From an uncultured Chloroflexia bacterium (GTDB lineage: Bacteria > Chloroflexota > Limnocylindria > Limnocylindrales > CSP1-4), in contig CAVVDC010000015.1 of the NCBI GenBank assembly GCA_963746855.1, forward strand, positions 55,295-119,294: DNA of 64,000 bases, read 5' to 3'. The translations under genes and the position numbers were made by a program. The notes beneath the pieces were generated by a model that was not told the origin of the DNA, did not search any database, and saw only the letters and a list, made by a program, of their open reading frames with translations. Of the stretch, positions 54,310-64,000 are shown one piece after another. Numbering within the stretch: the first letter of the stretch is position 1; each line of letters opens with the position of its first letter.

Positions 54310-55016
54310 CGGGTCGGGAGCTCGGTCTCGATCGCGGTCCCGTCGGGTCCAGGCTCCACTCGATAGGCACGCGCCGTCGGTCGCGAGGCCACGACCTCGT
54401 CGAGGACCTGGTCCCGGAAGATGAGCGCCGCCCCGTCATCCGCCGCGTAGCCGGCCGGCAAACGGCCCTCGCCGACCAGTCGCTGGTACTGGGGCCGGCG
54501 CTGCGGCTCGCCGTCGTAATGCGGACAGTGGCTACCGGGCACGAACGCGAGCCCGCCGTGCAGCGGCTGGAGGGTGGGCCCGAAGGAATCGGTGGTGCCG
54601 GCCTCGAACCAGCACAGGGAACCGGCGGACAGCCCCGCCATGACCACGCCGGACTCCCAGGCCCGCCGCAGCGCCCGGTCGACGCCATGCAGCTGCCAGA
54701 TGCCGAGCATGTTGGCGGTGTTGCCGCCGCCGACGTAGATCGCGTCCTGGTCGAGCAGGAAGCCCTCGACGTCATCGACGGTCCGGACGAACAGGGCCAG
54801 GTGACTCGCCTCGCTCCGCCCGTCGAACGCCGCGTGGAAGCCCTCGATGTACGCCTCGGCGTCGCCGCTCGCGGTCGCCAGGAAGGAGACGCGCGGTCGG
54901 TCGCGGCCGCGGACTCGCCGGGCGAGGTCCAGCACGACGTCGTCGAGCAGCGGGTTCTCCGGCTCCATCGTGAACCCACCGCCGCCCATCGCGACGATCC
55001 GGCGCGGCTCGGCCAT
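54297..55016 (-). CDS. Peptidase E / S51-family (cyanophycinase-like) dipeptidase
   Basis: IVAMGGGGF...VSFLATASGD...AIYVGGGNTANML...VMAGLSAGSLCWF. Confidence 0.8.
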   Translation of the reverse strand: MAEPRRIVAMGGGGFTMEPENPLLDDVVLDLARRVRGRDRPRVSFLATASGDAEAYIEGFHAAFDGRSEASHLALFVRTVDDVEGFLLDQDAIYVGGGNTANMLGIWQLHGVDRALRRAWESGVVMAGLSAGSLCWFEAGTTDSFGPTLQPLHGGLAFVPGSHCPHYDGEPQRRPQYQRLVGEGRLPAGYAADDGAALIFRDQVLDEVVASRPTARAYRVEPGPDGTAIETELPTRYLG

Positions 55017-55072
55017 GGCCCGATGCTACTCTCGACACCTGCCCCGCCGCCCGCCACCGGAGAGCCCCAGCG

Positions 55073-56068
55073 ATGACCAAGATCGGCTACGCCGCCATGC
55101 TCGAGCAGTTCCACCCGACCGACCTGCTCGACTGGTGCGCCCAGGCGGAAGGCGCCGGCTTCGAGGCCGGCTTCATGGTCAGCGAGCACTTCCATCCGTG
55201 GACCCCGCAGCAGGGCCAGAGCGCCTTCGCGTGGTCGTTCATGGGCGCGCTCGGCACGCGGACGTCGCTGCGGTTCGGGACCGCCGTCACCTGTCCCGGC
55301 TTCCGCTACCACCCGGCCGTCATCGCCCACGCGGCGGCGACGCTGGGCGCGATGTATCCGGGCCGCTTCTATCTCGGTCTGGGCGCCGGCGAGGCGCTCA
55401 ACGAGCACGTTGTGGGTGGGGCCTGGCCGGAGATCGGCGTCCGCAGCTCGATGATGTTCGAGTCCATCGAGATCATCAACAAGCTGTTCACGGGCAAGGT
55501 CGTGAAGCACCGGGGCGAGTTCTTCACGCTCGAGAGCGCCCGGCTCTACACGATCCCAGACGAGGCGCAACGCGTCCCCGTGTACGTCGCGACCGCCGGC
55601 CCGGTCAACGCGAAGAAGACCGGCCGGTTCGCCGACGGGATCATCACGGTCGGGGCGGCCGACGAGAAGATCGCGATGCTGTGGGACAAGTTCGAGGAAG
55701 GGGCCAAGGAAGCCGGCAAGGACGTCACCACCTCGCCGAAGCTGCTCCAGATCCACGTCTCCTGGGCGCCGACCGAGGAGGAGGCCGTCGAGAACGCCGT
55801 CCGCGAATGGCCCAACGGTGGGATGCCCTTCCCCAAGCAGGACATCAAGAACCCCGAGGACTTCGCGGCGATGGCGAAGATGGTCACGCCCGCCGACTTC
55901 ACGAACCGGGTCCTGATGAGCAGCGACCTCGAGGTCCACACGAAGCACATCCAGCGGTATGTGGACATGGGCTTCGACGAGGTCCATCTCCACAACGTCG
56001 GACGGAACCAGGCCGGGTTCATCGAGACGTTCGGCCGCGAGGTGTTGCCGAACCTCAAGCTGGGCTGA
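55073..56068 (+). CDS. LLM-class (luciferase-like) oxidoreductase, F420-dependent G6PD-related family
   Basis: IGYAAMLEQFHPTDLLDW...GFMVSEHFHPW...FYLGLGAGEALNEH...VATAGPVNAKKTGRFADGIIT. Confidence 0.75.
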   Translation: MTKIGYAAMLEQFHPTDLLDWCAQAEGAGFEAGFMVSEHFHPWTPQQGQSAFAWSFMGALGTRTSLRFGTAVTCPGFRYHPAVIAHAAATLGAMYPGRFYLGLGAGEALNEHVVGGAWPEIGVRSSMMFESIEIINKLFTGKVVKHRGEFFTLESARLYTIPDEAQRVPVYVATAGPVNAKKTGRFADGIITVGAADEKIAMLWDKFEEGAKEAGKDVTTSPKLLQIHVSWAPTEEEAVENAVREWPNGGMPFPKQDIKNPEDFAAMAKMVTPADFTNRVLMSSDLEVHTKHIQRYVDMGFDEVHLHNVGRNQAGFIETFGREVLPNLKLG

Positions 56069-56086
56069 GCGCGATCCAGGCGGGCC

Positions 56087-57070
56087 TTACAAGCGGACGC
56101 GCGGTGGCGAGTCGCGGTCGAACATGTGGACCGTGTCGACGAACCGGACCTGCTTGGTCTGGTAGGCCATCACCAGCGAGTGGGTGCGGGCGCCGCCGCC
56201 GAAGAAGCGGACGCCCTGGAGCAGGTCACCGGCGGTGACGCCGGTGGCAGCGAAGACCAGGTTCTCGCCGGGTGCGAGGTCCTCGGTCGCGTAGACCCGG
56301 CTCTCATCGCCGTGGCCCATCCGGGCACCCCGCTCGCGCTCGTCGTCACTCCGATAGCGGAACCGAGCCTGGATCTCGCCGCCGAGGCAGCGCAGCGCGC
56401 CCGCGGTGATGACGCCCTCCGGCGCGCCGCCGATGCCCATGACCGCGTGGACGCCGGTGCCGGAGACGGCACAGGAGATCGCCGCGGACAGGTCGCCGTC
56501 ACCGATCAGCTTGATGCGCGCGCCCGCCTCGCGGACCTCGGCGATGAGGTCGTCGTGGCGCGGCCGTTCGAGGATGACCACCGTGATGTCGCGCACGCGC
56601 CGGCCGAGTGCCTCGGCGATCCGGCCGAGGTTCTCCGTCGGCGACTCCCGGATGTCGACCTTGCCCGCCGCGATCGGCCCGACGCAGAGCTTCTCCATGT
56701 ACGTGTCGGGGGCGTGCGTCAGGCCGCCCGCTTCCGACGCCGCGAGGACCGTGATGGCGCCGGCCTGGCCGTGCGCCACCAGGTTCGTACCCTCGAGTGG
56801 ATCGACCGCGATATCGACGTCCGGCGCGGCGCCCCGCCCGCGCCTGGCCCGGCCGACCTTCTCGCCGATGTAGAGCATGGGCGCCTCGTCGCGCTCGCCC
56901 TCCCCGATGACGATCCGGCCCGCGAACTCGATCTCGTCCATGGTCCGGCGCATGGCCTCGGTGGCCGCGGCGTCCGCCTCGTCATTCTTGCCTCGACCCA
57001 TGAACCGCGCGGACTCGATCGCCGCCGCCTCCGTGACCCGGATCATCTCGAGCGCGAGCAGCTGTTCCAT
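56087..57070 (-). CDS. glpX: Class II fructose-1,6-bisphosphatase
   Basis: [37 protein letters not shown]...[15 protein letters not shown]...VDPLEGT...GIGGAPEGV. Confidence 0.92.
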   Translation of the reverse strand: MEQLLALEMIRVTEAAAIESARFMGRGKNDEADAAATEAMRRTMDEIEFAGRIVIGEGERDEAPMLYIGEKVGRARRGRGAAPDVDIAVDPLEGTNLVAHGQAGAITVLAASEAGGLTHAPDTYMEKLCVGPIAAGKVDIRESPTENLGRIAEALGRRVRDITVVILERPRHDDLIAEVREAGARIKLIGDGDLSAAISCAVSGTGVHAVMGIGGAPEGVITAGALRCLGGEIQARFRYRSDDERERGARMGHGDESRVYATEDLAPGENLVFAATGVTAGDLLQGVRFFGGGARTHSLVMAYQTKQVRFVDTVHMFDRDSPPRVRL

Positions 57071-57204
57071 GTGGTGCTGCTTTGGTCCCGCTCAGCCGGT
57101 CCGTCCGCAAGGCGGACGCGAGCACGGGAGCGAGCGAACTTGGAGGTGCGTGAGCGACCGCGCGCAGCGCCCAACGCGGCGGCGGGCCGGATCAGCGGGA
57201 CCCG

Positions 57205-58767
57205 TCAATGTCGGAAGTGCCTTCGGCCGGTGAAGACCATGGCCATGTGGTGGCGGTCGGCGACCTCGATCGCCATCTCGTCGCGGATCGAGCCACCCGG
57301 CTGGATGATGGCGGTGACGCCCGCCCCGGCGGCCGCCTGGATGCCGTCCGGGAACGGGAAGTACGCATCGGAGGCCATGACCGCGAGCTTCGCCCGGTCG
57401 CCCGCGCGGCGGAGCGCGATCTCGACCGAGACCTGGCGTGACGCCTGCGCCGCCCCGATCCCGACCGTGGCGCCGTTGCGAGCGAGGACGATGGCGTTCG
57501 AGCGGACGTGGCGGACCGCCCGCCAGGCGAAGAGGAGGTCGGTCAGCTCCTCGAGGGTCGGCCGGCGCTTCGTGACCACCTGGAGCCGCCCACGGTCGAG
57601 CCCGAGATCGTCCTGGGTCTCGACCAGCAGGCCGCCCGCCACGCGCTTGAAGTCGAGGCTGGCGATGCCGTAATCGCGCATCCCCTCGGTCGGGTCGGCC
57701 GGCACGGACAGGAGCTCGAGGCCGGGCTTGCCGCGCAGGAACCCGAGCGCCGACTGGCTGAACCCCGGCGCGACGACCGCCTCGTACGAGTTGGCGGCGA
57801 TCTCCCGGGCCGTCGCCCCGTCGAGCTCGCGATTGACGCCGACGATGCCACCGAACGAGGCGACCGGGTCGGTCTCCAGCGCGTGCCGGTAGGCCTCGGC
57901 CAGCTCATCGTGCGAGGCGAGCCCGACCGGGTCGGTGTGCTTGACGATGGCGACCGTCGGGGCCGTGTAGTCGCGGGCGATGCGGTACGCCGCATCGAGG
58001 TCCAGGAGGTTGTTGAACGACGGCCGTTCGCCCTGGAGCGCGGTCGCGTCGGCCAGGGTCCCGCTTCGATGCGTCGTCTCGCGGTAGAAGGCCCCGCGCT
58101 GTTGCGGGTTCTCGCCGTACGGCAGGTCGGCGACCTTCTCGAGGACCACAGCGAGGCGGCTCGGGAAGGTGTTGCCGGAGATCTGGTTGAGGTAGGCCGC
58201 GATCTCCGCGTGGTAGGCCGCGACCGTGCTGAACGCCTCGGCCGCGAGCTGCGCCCGCGTCTCCGGGCTCACGTGTCCGTGCTCGCGCAACTCCGCCACG
58301 ATCCGCTCGTAGTGGGTCGGGTCAGAGGCCGCCACGACTCCGGCCGAGTTGCGGGCGGCCGCCCCGAGGAGTGCCGCCCCGCCGACGTCGATCATCTCGA
58401 TGGCTTCATCGAGCCCGACCAGCTTGACCCCGATCGCCGGCGCGAACGGCTTGACGTTGACGATGACGAGGTCGATCGGGACGATCCCCTGCGCGGCGAG
58501 CTCGGCCATCTGCGCCGGGACGTCACGGCGAGCGAGGATCCCGGCGTAGACCGCATGGTGGAACGTCTTGACCTGGCCGCCGACCGTCGGCTCGCCGGCC
58601 GTCAGGTCCGCGACGGATGGGACCTCGATGCCTTCGCCGGCGAGGAACTCCCGCGTCCCGTCGGTCGCGAACATCTCCACGTCCAGCTCGCGCAGGTCAC
58701 GGGCCAGCGCGGCGATCCCGTCGCGATTGGCGACTGACAGCAGGGCTCGCACCCGGGCCTCCTCCAT
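57205..58767 (-). CDS. purH: Bifunctional AICAR transformylase / IMP cyclohydrolase
   Basis: MGS-like N-terminus ALLSVANRDGIAALARDL. C-terminal hallmark IIQPGGSIRDEMAIEVADRHHMAMVFTGRRHFRH. Confidence 0.95.
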   Translation of the reverse strand: MEEARVRALLSVANRDGIAALARDLRELDVEMFATDGTREFLAGEGIEVPSVADLTAGEPTVGGQVKTFHHAVYAGILARRDVPAQMAELAAQGIVPIDLVIVNVKPFAPAIGVKLVGLDEAIEMIDVGGAALLGAAARNSAGVVAASDPTHYERIVAELREHGHVSPETRAQLAAEAFSTVAAYHAEIAAYLNQISGNTFPSRLAVVLEKVADLPYGENPQQRGAFYRETTHRSGTLADATALQGERPSFNNLLDLDAAYRIARDYTAPTVAIVKHTDPVGLASHDELAEAYRHALETDPVASFGGIVGVNRELDGATAREIAANSYEAVVAPGFSQSALGFLRGKPGLELLSVPADPTEGMRDYGIASLDFKRVAGGLLVETQDDLGLDRGRLQVVTKRRPTLEELTDLLFAWRAVRHVRSNAIVLARNGATVGIGAAQASRQVSVEIALRRAGDRAKLAVMASDAYFPFPDGIQAAAGAGVTAIIQPGGSIRDEMAIEVADRHHMAMVFTGRRHFRH

Positions 58768-58904
58768 CGGGCGGTGTCGGCGGCGCGCTCGGGGTCCGGC
58801 GGAAGGCGCCCCGGTGGGTCAGGGCGCCGCACCGCTCGCCCGAGTATAGCGCCCGGCATGGCATACTCCGGAGACCTCTCAACACCCGAACACGAGGTCG
58901 GCGC

Positions 58905-59348
58905 GTGACGCTTGCCCCCTGGGATTACCTGTTCGAGTCGTTCAACAGCCACAACTTCCCGGATCTCTTCCATCCGACCTGGATCGCCTCGGCGATCCTG
59001 CTCGCGGTGCTCCTCATCCTGTACAACGTCCGCACGAAGGCCCTACACCGCCACCCGCCGTACGCGGATATGTGGGAGTGGCTGTGGTGGACCGGCCTGA
59101 TCACGTTCGGCCTGATCATCATCGGGTCGCTCTTCGTCTTCGACTTCTTCATCGTGCTGCTGACCGAGATCATCGGGATCGGCACCCTGGTCTGGATCCG
59201 CTTCCGGCGCTTCCCGCCGATCCTCGCCGCCCACCAGGCCAGGCTCGCCCGCGAGCGCTACTACACGAAGCAGAAGTTCGCGGATCCGGAAGCCACGATC
59301 CGCAAGCGCAGCTCGGGCCGTCGCCGGAACCAGCGCCGCCGGCGCTGA
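58905..59348 (+). CDS. Small integral membrane protein with basic C-terminal tail (hypothetical)
   Basis: From GTG 58905: VTLAPWDYLFESF..., three predicted TM helices, and the tail KRSSGRRRNQRRRR. The track ORF portion upstream of 58905 is Arg/Pro-rich and overlaps the purH promoter region. Confidence 0.55.
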   Translation: MTLAPWDYLFESFNSHNFPDLFHPTWIASAILLAVLLILYNVRTKALHRHPPYADMWEWLWWTGLITFGLIIIGSLFVFDFFIVLLTEIIGIGTLVWIRFRRFPPILAAHQARLARERYYTKQKFADPEATIRKRSSGRRRNQRRRR

Positions 59349-59374
59349 TCCTGCTGAAGGCGAGCAGCGGCCCG

Positions 59375-59851
59375 ATGCCCATCGAGATCCGCCGGTTCGG
59401 CGTCGGGCATCGACGACCCGACGGACCGCCCGGGACCGTCGGCCTGACCGGCCAGGTCATCCACTCGGACGGCCGCGGCGTGATCAGCGAGCTCGCGTTC
59501 GGCCGCGGGGCCAGGATCGAGCCGCATTCCAACCCGAACACCACCTGGTTCATCGTCATCGAGGGCGGCGGCTGGGTCGGCGTCGACGAGGACCGCGCCC
59601 GGATCGCGGCCGGCGAGGCCGCCCTGTGGCCGGCCGACGTCCCGCACGCCGCGTGGACGGAACACTCGGAGATGCGCGCCTTCGTCGTCGAGTTCACCGG
59701 CGCCGACGATCCAGAGGTCGTCGGGATCGTCGGCGGTGGCGCTCGGGGGCTGATCCCGGACGGCGCGACGCCGGCGGACCGCGGTGAGGGCGCGCTCGCC
59801 GAACGTCCACGCCACGAAACGAGTGACCGCTCGCACGGCGAGCCGGACTGA
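59375..59851 (+). CDS. Cupin-domain protein
   Basis: ARIEPHSNPNTTWFIVIEGGGWVGVDE...AGEAALWPADVPHAAW has the cupin two-motif pattern. Start at ATG 59375. Confidence 0.65.
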   Translation: MPIEIRRFGVGHRRPDGPPGTVGLTGQVIHSDGRGVISELAFGRGARIEPHSNPNTTWFIVIEGGGWVGVDEDRARIAAGEAALWPADVPHAAWTEHSEMRAFVVEFTGADDPEVVGIVGGGARGLIPDGATPADRGEGALAERPRHETSDRSHGEPD

Positions 59852-59862
59852 GGCTCGGTCGG

Positions 59863-61131
59863 TCAGCCCCGGAGCAGGCCGCGATGCCGTGCTTCGCGTC
59901 GCAGGCGGCCGGCCAGGCGACGGCTCTCGCGTCGGACGCGTCCGAGGCGGGGGACGCCTGTGTAGCCGACCGCCGGCGGGAAGTCGGTGGCCGCCAGCCG
60001 GGCGTCGAAGGCGGCGGGGTCCTCGCCGGGCTCGAAGACGTGCCGGAGCCCGTGCTTCGCGAGATAGTCGGTGAAGGTCCGGAACCGGGCCGCGTGGCCG
60101 TCGTTGAGCGGGCCGAAGTCGGCCTCGGCATAGAGGTCCGCCGCGTCCACGTCGGGCGGAACATCGGACATCCGCCGATGCGGGATCTCGAAGTAGCGGG
60201 CCAGCTCCAGGGTCCGCGAATCGTGCGCGAAGACATAGGCCGGCGTGCCCGCCAGGAGCGCGGCGATGTTGCCGTGGATCCTGGTCCCGAACGAGAGATC
60301 GGCCTCGCGCAGGTCGGCGATCCACGGCCACGGGTCCACGTAGTAGCGGACCTTGCGCTCCTGGAAGAGGGGGTGCGTCGTGTGCGTCGGATTCGCGACC
60401 GGTCCCCCGGGCGCCGCGGACCTGTCGCCCCACAGGAGCATCTCGAGCGTGTCGAGGTCCTGGGCGACGTAGCGCAGGGCCGGGTAACGCTCGACGTGCG
60501 ACGTGACGATCGGGCCCATCGCCTTGACGTACGGCGAGACGTTCATCGAGACGATGGCGTCCCGGCCCAGCGCGGGCAGGCGCCTCTCGACCCGCAACCG
60601 GTCGCCGTTGAGGAACATCGAGGGGCAGCCGATGACCTCCACGTCGCGGTAGCCGAGGCTTCGCAGGTAGTCGTACGTGAACTCGCCCCGGACGCCGACC
60701 GACGGCGAGCGGTCGAGGACCGCCGACATGAATGCCCGGATGGACGCCTCGATGGGACGGAGCCTGGCCGGGCTGTACTTCGCGTTCGCCTGGGCTCCGA
60801 CGCCGAGCACGACGATCGGGATCGTGAGCTTGCGGAGCAGCGCCGTCAGCCGCTGGACCTCGCCCTCGAAACTCGGTCGGAAGGCGTTGGCGAGGGGGAT
60901 GACGTAGGCATCGAAGCGCTCGTTGATGTGGCCGGCGCCGAGCTTGTATGCGGCGAACCGGTCGGGGGTGATCTCGACGTCCGCGACGGACAGGATGCGC
61001 TGCGCCGCCTCGGTGAAGACCAGGTTGCCGCTGTTGCCGCCGACCATGTTCTGGGCGAGCGCCGTCGCCGGCGAGACCACCTCGAACACGTCCTTGGGGG
61101 TGCGCAGCAGCAGTCGCTTCATGCGCCCCAA
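59863..61131 (-). CDS. Polysaccharide pyruvyl transferase family protein
   Basis: GGNSGNLVFTEAAQ..., VGVRGEFTYDYLRSLGY..VEVIGCPS, and FGTRIHGNIAALLAGTPAYVFAHDSRTLELA match the PS_pyruv_trans pattern. Confidence 0.65.
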   Translation of the reverse strand: MGRMKRLLLRTPKDVFEVVSPATALAQNMVGGNSGNLVFTEAAQRILSVADVEITPDRFAAYKLGAGHINERFDAYVIPLANAFRPSFEGEVQRLTALLRKLTIPIVVLGVGAQANAKYSPARLRPIEASIRAFMSAVLDRSPSVGVRGEFTYDYLRSLGYRDVEVIGCPSMFLNGDRLRVERRLPALGRDAIVSMNVSPYVKAMGPIVTSHVERYPALRYVAQDLDTLEMLLWGDRSAAPGGPVANPTHTTHPLFQERKVRYYVDPWPWIADLREADLSFGTRIHGNIAALLAGTPAYVFAHDSRTLELARYFEIPHRRMSDVPPDVDAADLYAEADFGPLNDGHAARFRTFTDYLAKHGLRHVFEPGEDPAAFDARLAATDFPPAVGYTGVPRLGRVRRESRRLAGRLRREARHRGLLRG

Positions 61132-61156
61132 CGATATCGCCGGGGACGCGACGCGA

Positions 61157-61798
61157 TCAGCGAGGTGCGAGGATCGCCCCGAGCTGGCTGAGGATCCGTG
61201 CGGTCGCGCCCCAGACGGACAGGCCCTCGATGGCGTAGGCGCCGTAGCGCAGCGGCCAGTCCCGGACCGTGCGCTCGACGATCTCGAACGGCGCGTCCGG
61301 CAGGAACATCGCCATCGGGGCCTCCACGATCCGGGCCACCTCCGCCGGCGCCGCGCGCAGCGCCGGGCGCCGCTCCGCGACGGCCACGACCGGCGTCACC
61401 GCGAAGTCGCTGACCGGGATCCAGAACGGCTCGAGGACACCGACGACCCGAACGCCGGCCACCGCGGGATCGAGGGCGACCTCCTCGGCCGCCTCGCGCA
61501 GCGCGGTCGCGCTGACGTCGGCGTCGCCGGGCTCGCTCTTCCCGCCCGGGAAGCTGACCTCGCCCGAGTGGTGACCACCGCCGCTCGACCGCTCGATGAG
61601 GACGACGTTCGCGTTGCCGGCCTGGTCGGGGAAGAGGAGCGCGAGCACGGCCGCCGGCCGTCCGGGTCGGTCGGGCGGCGGGTTCGGCGTCGGCCGCCAG
61701 CCGGCGCGGCCGACCACGACCGGCATGAGCGCCTCGGCCGGAGCGGGCAGCGGCTCGGGTAGCACCGCGAGTCGTTCCACGACCTCCTCGAAGCGCAC
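61157..61798 (-). CDS. Nudix hydrolase, CoA pyrophosphatase-like
   Basis: Nudix box FPGGKSEPGDADVSATALREAAEEVAL, preceded by AAVLALLFP...VVLIERS. Confidence 0.85.
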   Translation of the reverse strand: MRFEEVVERLAVLPEPLPAPAEALMPVVVGRAGWRPTPNPPPDRPGRPAAVLALLFPDQAGNANVVLIERSSGGGHHSGEVSFPGGKSEPGDADVSATALREAAEEVALDPAVAGVRVVGVLEPFWIPVSDFAVTPVVAVAERRPALRAAPAEVARIVEAPMAMFLPDAPFEIVERTVRDWPLRYGAYAIEGLSVWGATARILSQLGAILAPR

Positions 61799-61815
61799 GA
61801 TCGGGGCGGTTCGCG

Positions 61816-64000
<2,185 letters not shown>

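Noticed and set aside
53933-55993. 686-aa minus-strand ORF
   Set aside because: It overlaps folK, peptidase E (out of frame) and the LLM oxidoreductase (antisense). It has no motifs and a shadow-ORF composition.
57071-57204. 134-nt purH-glpX spacer examined for a riboswitch or leader RNA
   Set aside because: Only one 7-bp hairpin is present (CGTCCGC-AAG-GCGGACG). There is no conserved riboswitch core that I recognise and no U-tract.

Overview
This is a very GC-rich chromosomal segment spanning the replication origin of a monoderm-type bacterium that looks actinobacterium-like or Chloroflexota-like. The taxon cannot be fixed from sequence alone. Gene order from left to right:
- A Kef-type antiporter (5' end outside the window).
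- The conserved origin block: jag-yidC-yidD-rnpA-rpmH on the minus strand, and dnaA-[oriC]-dnaN-recF-dciA on the plus strand.
- A membrane pseudo-PP2C protein, a rhomboid protease and a BFN nuclease.
- An envelope glycosylation locus: a GT2, a DUF2723 GT-C, and a 1749-aa double GT-C/PMT fusion.
- A translationally coupled phosphatidylinositol/PIM operon: ArsR regulator, PIP synthase, Ino1, two acyltransferases, a PHP phosphoesterase and a PimA-like GT4.
- A secreted M14 peptidase, an MFS transporter, CorA, a sortase-like protein, TlpA and OtsB.
- A ~15-kb nuo (complex I) operon.
- A MidA/NDUFAF7-like methyltransferase with a coupled hypothetical gene.
- folK, peptidase E, an LLM oxidoreductase, glpX, purH, two small genes, a pyruvyl transferase, a Nudix hydrolase and a partial clpB.

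I saw no rRNA, tRNA, CRISPR array, transposase or integrase. Many long ORFs in the six-frame track are high-GC shadow frames or out-of-frame 5' extensions. I trimmed starts wherever stop/start coupling or conserved N-termini supported it.

The most unusual feature is the complex I operon, ordered nuoA-B-C-D-H-[I N-half::E N-domain]-[F-like]-[2Fe2S::GltD-like::FeS::I C-half]-J-K-L-M-N. nuoI appears to be split, with a remodelled electron-input module nested between its halves. That module carries a glutamate-synthase-small-subunit-like NAD(P)H flavoprotein domain.

Secondary leads:
- A PHP phosphoesterase embedded in the PI/PIM operon, a candidate for the unassigned PIP phosphatase step.
- A double GT-C glycosyltransferase with a ~400-aa insertion in PMT loop 1.
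- An NDUFAF7-like methyltransferase directly upstream of nuo.
- A sortase-like protein with Ser in place of the catalytic Cys.
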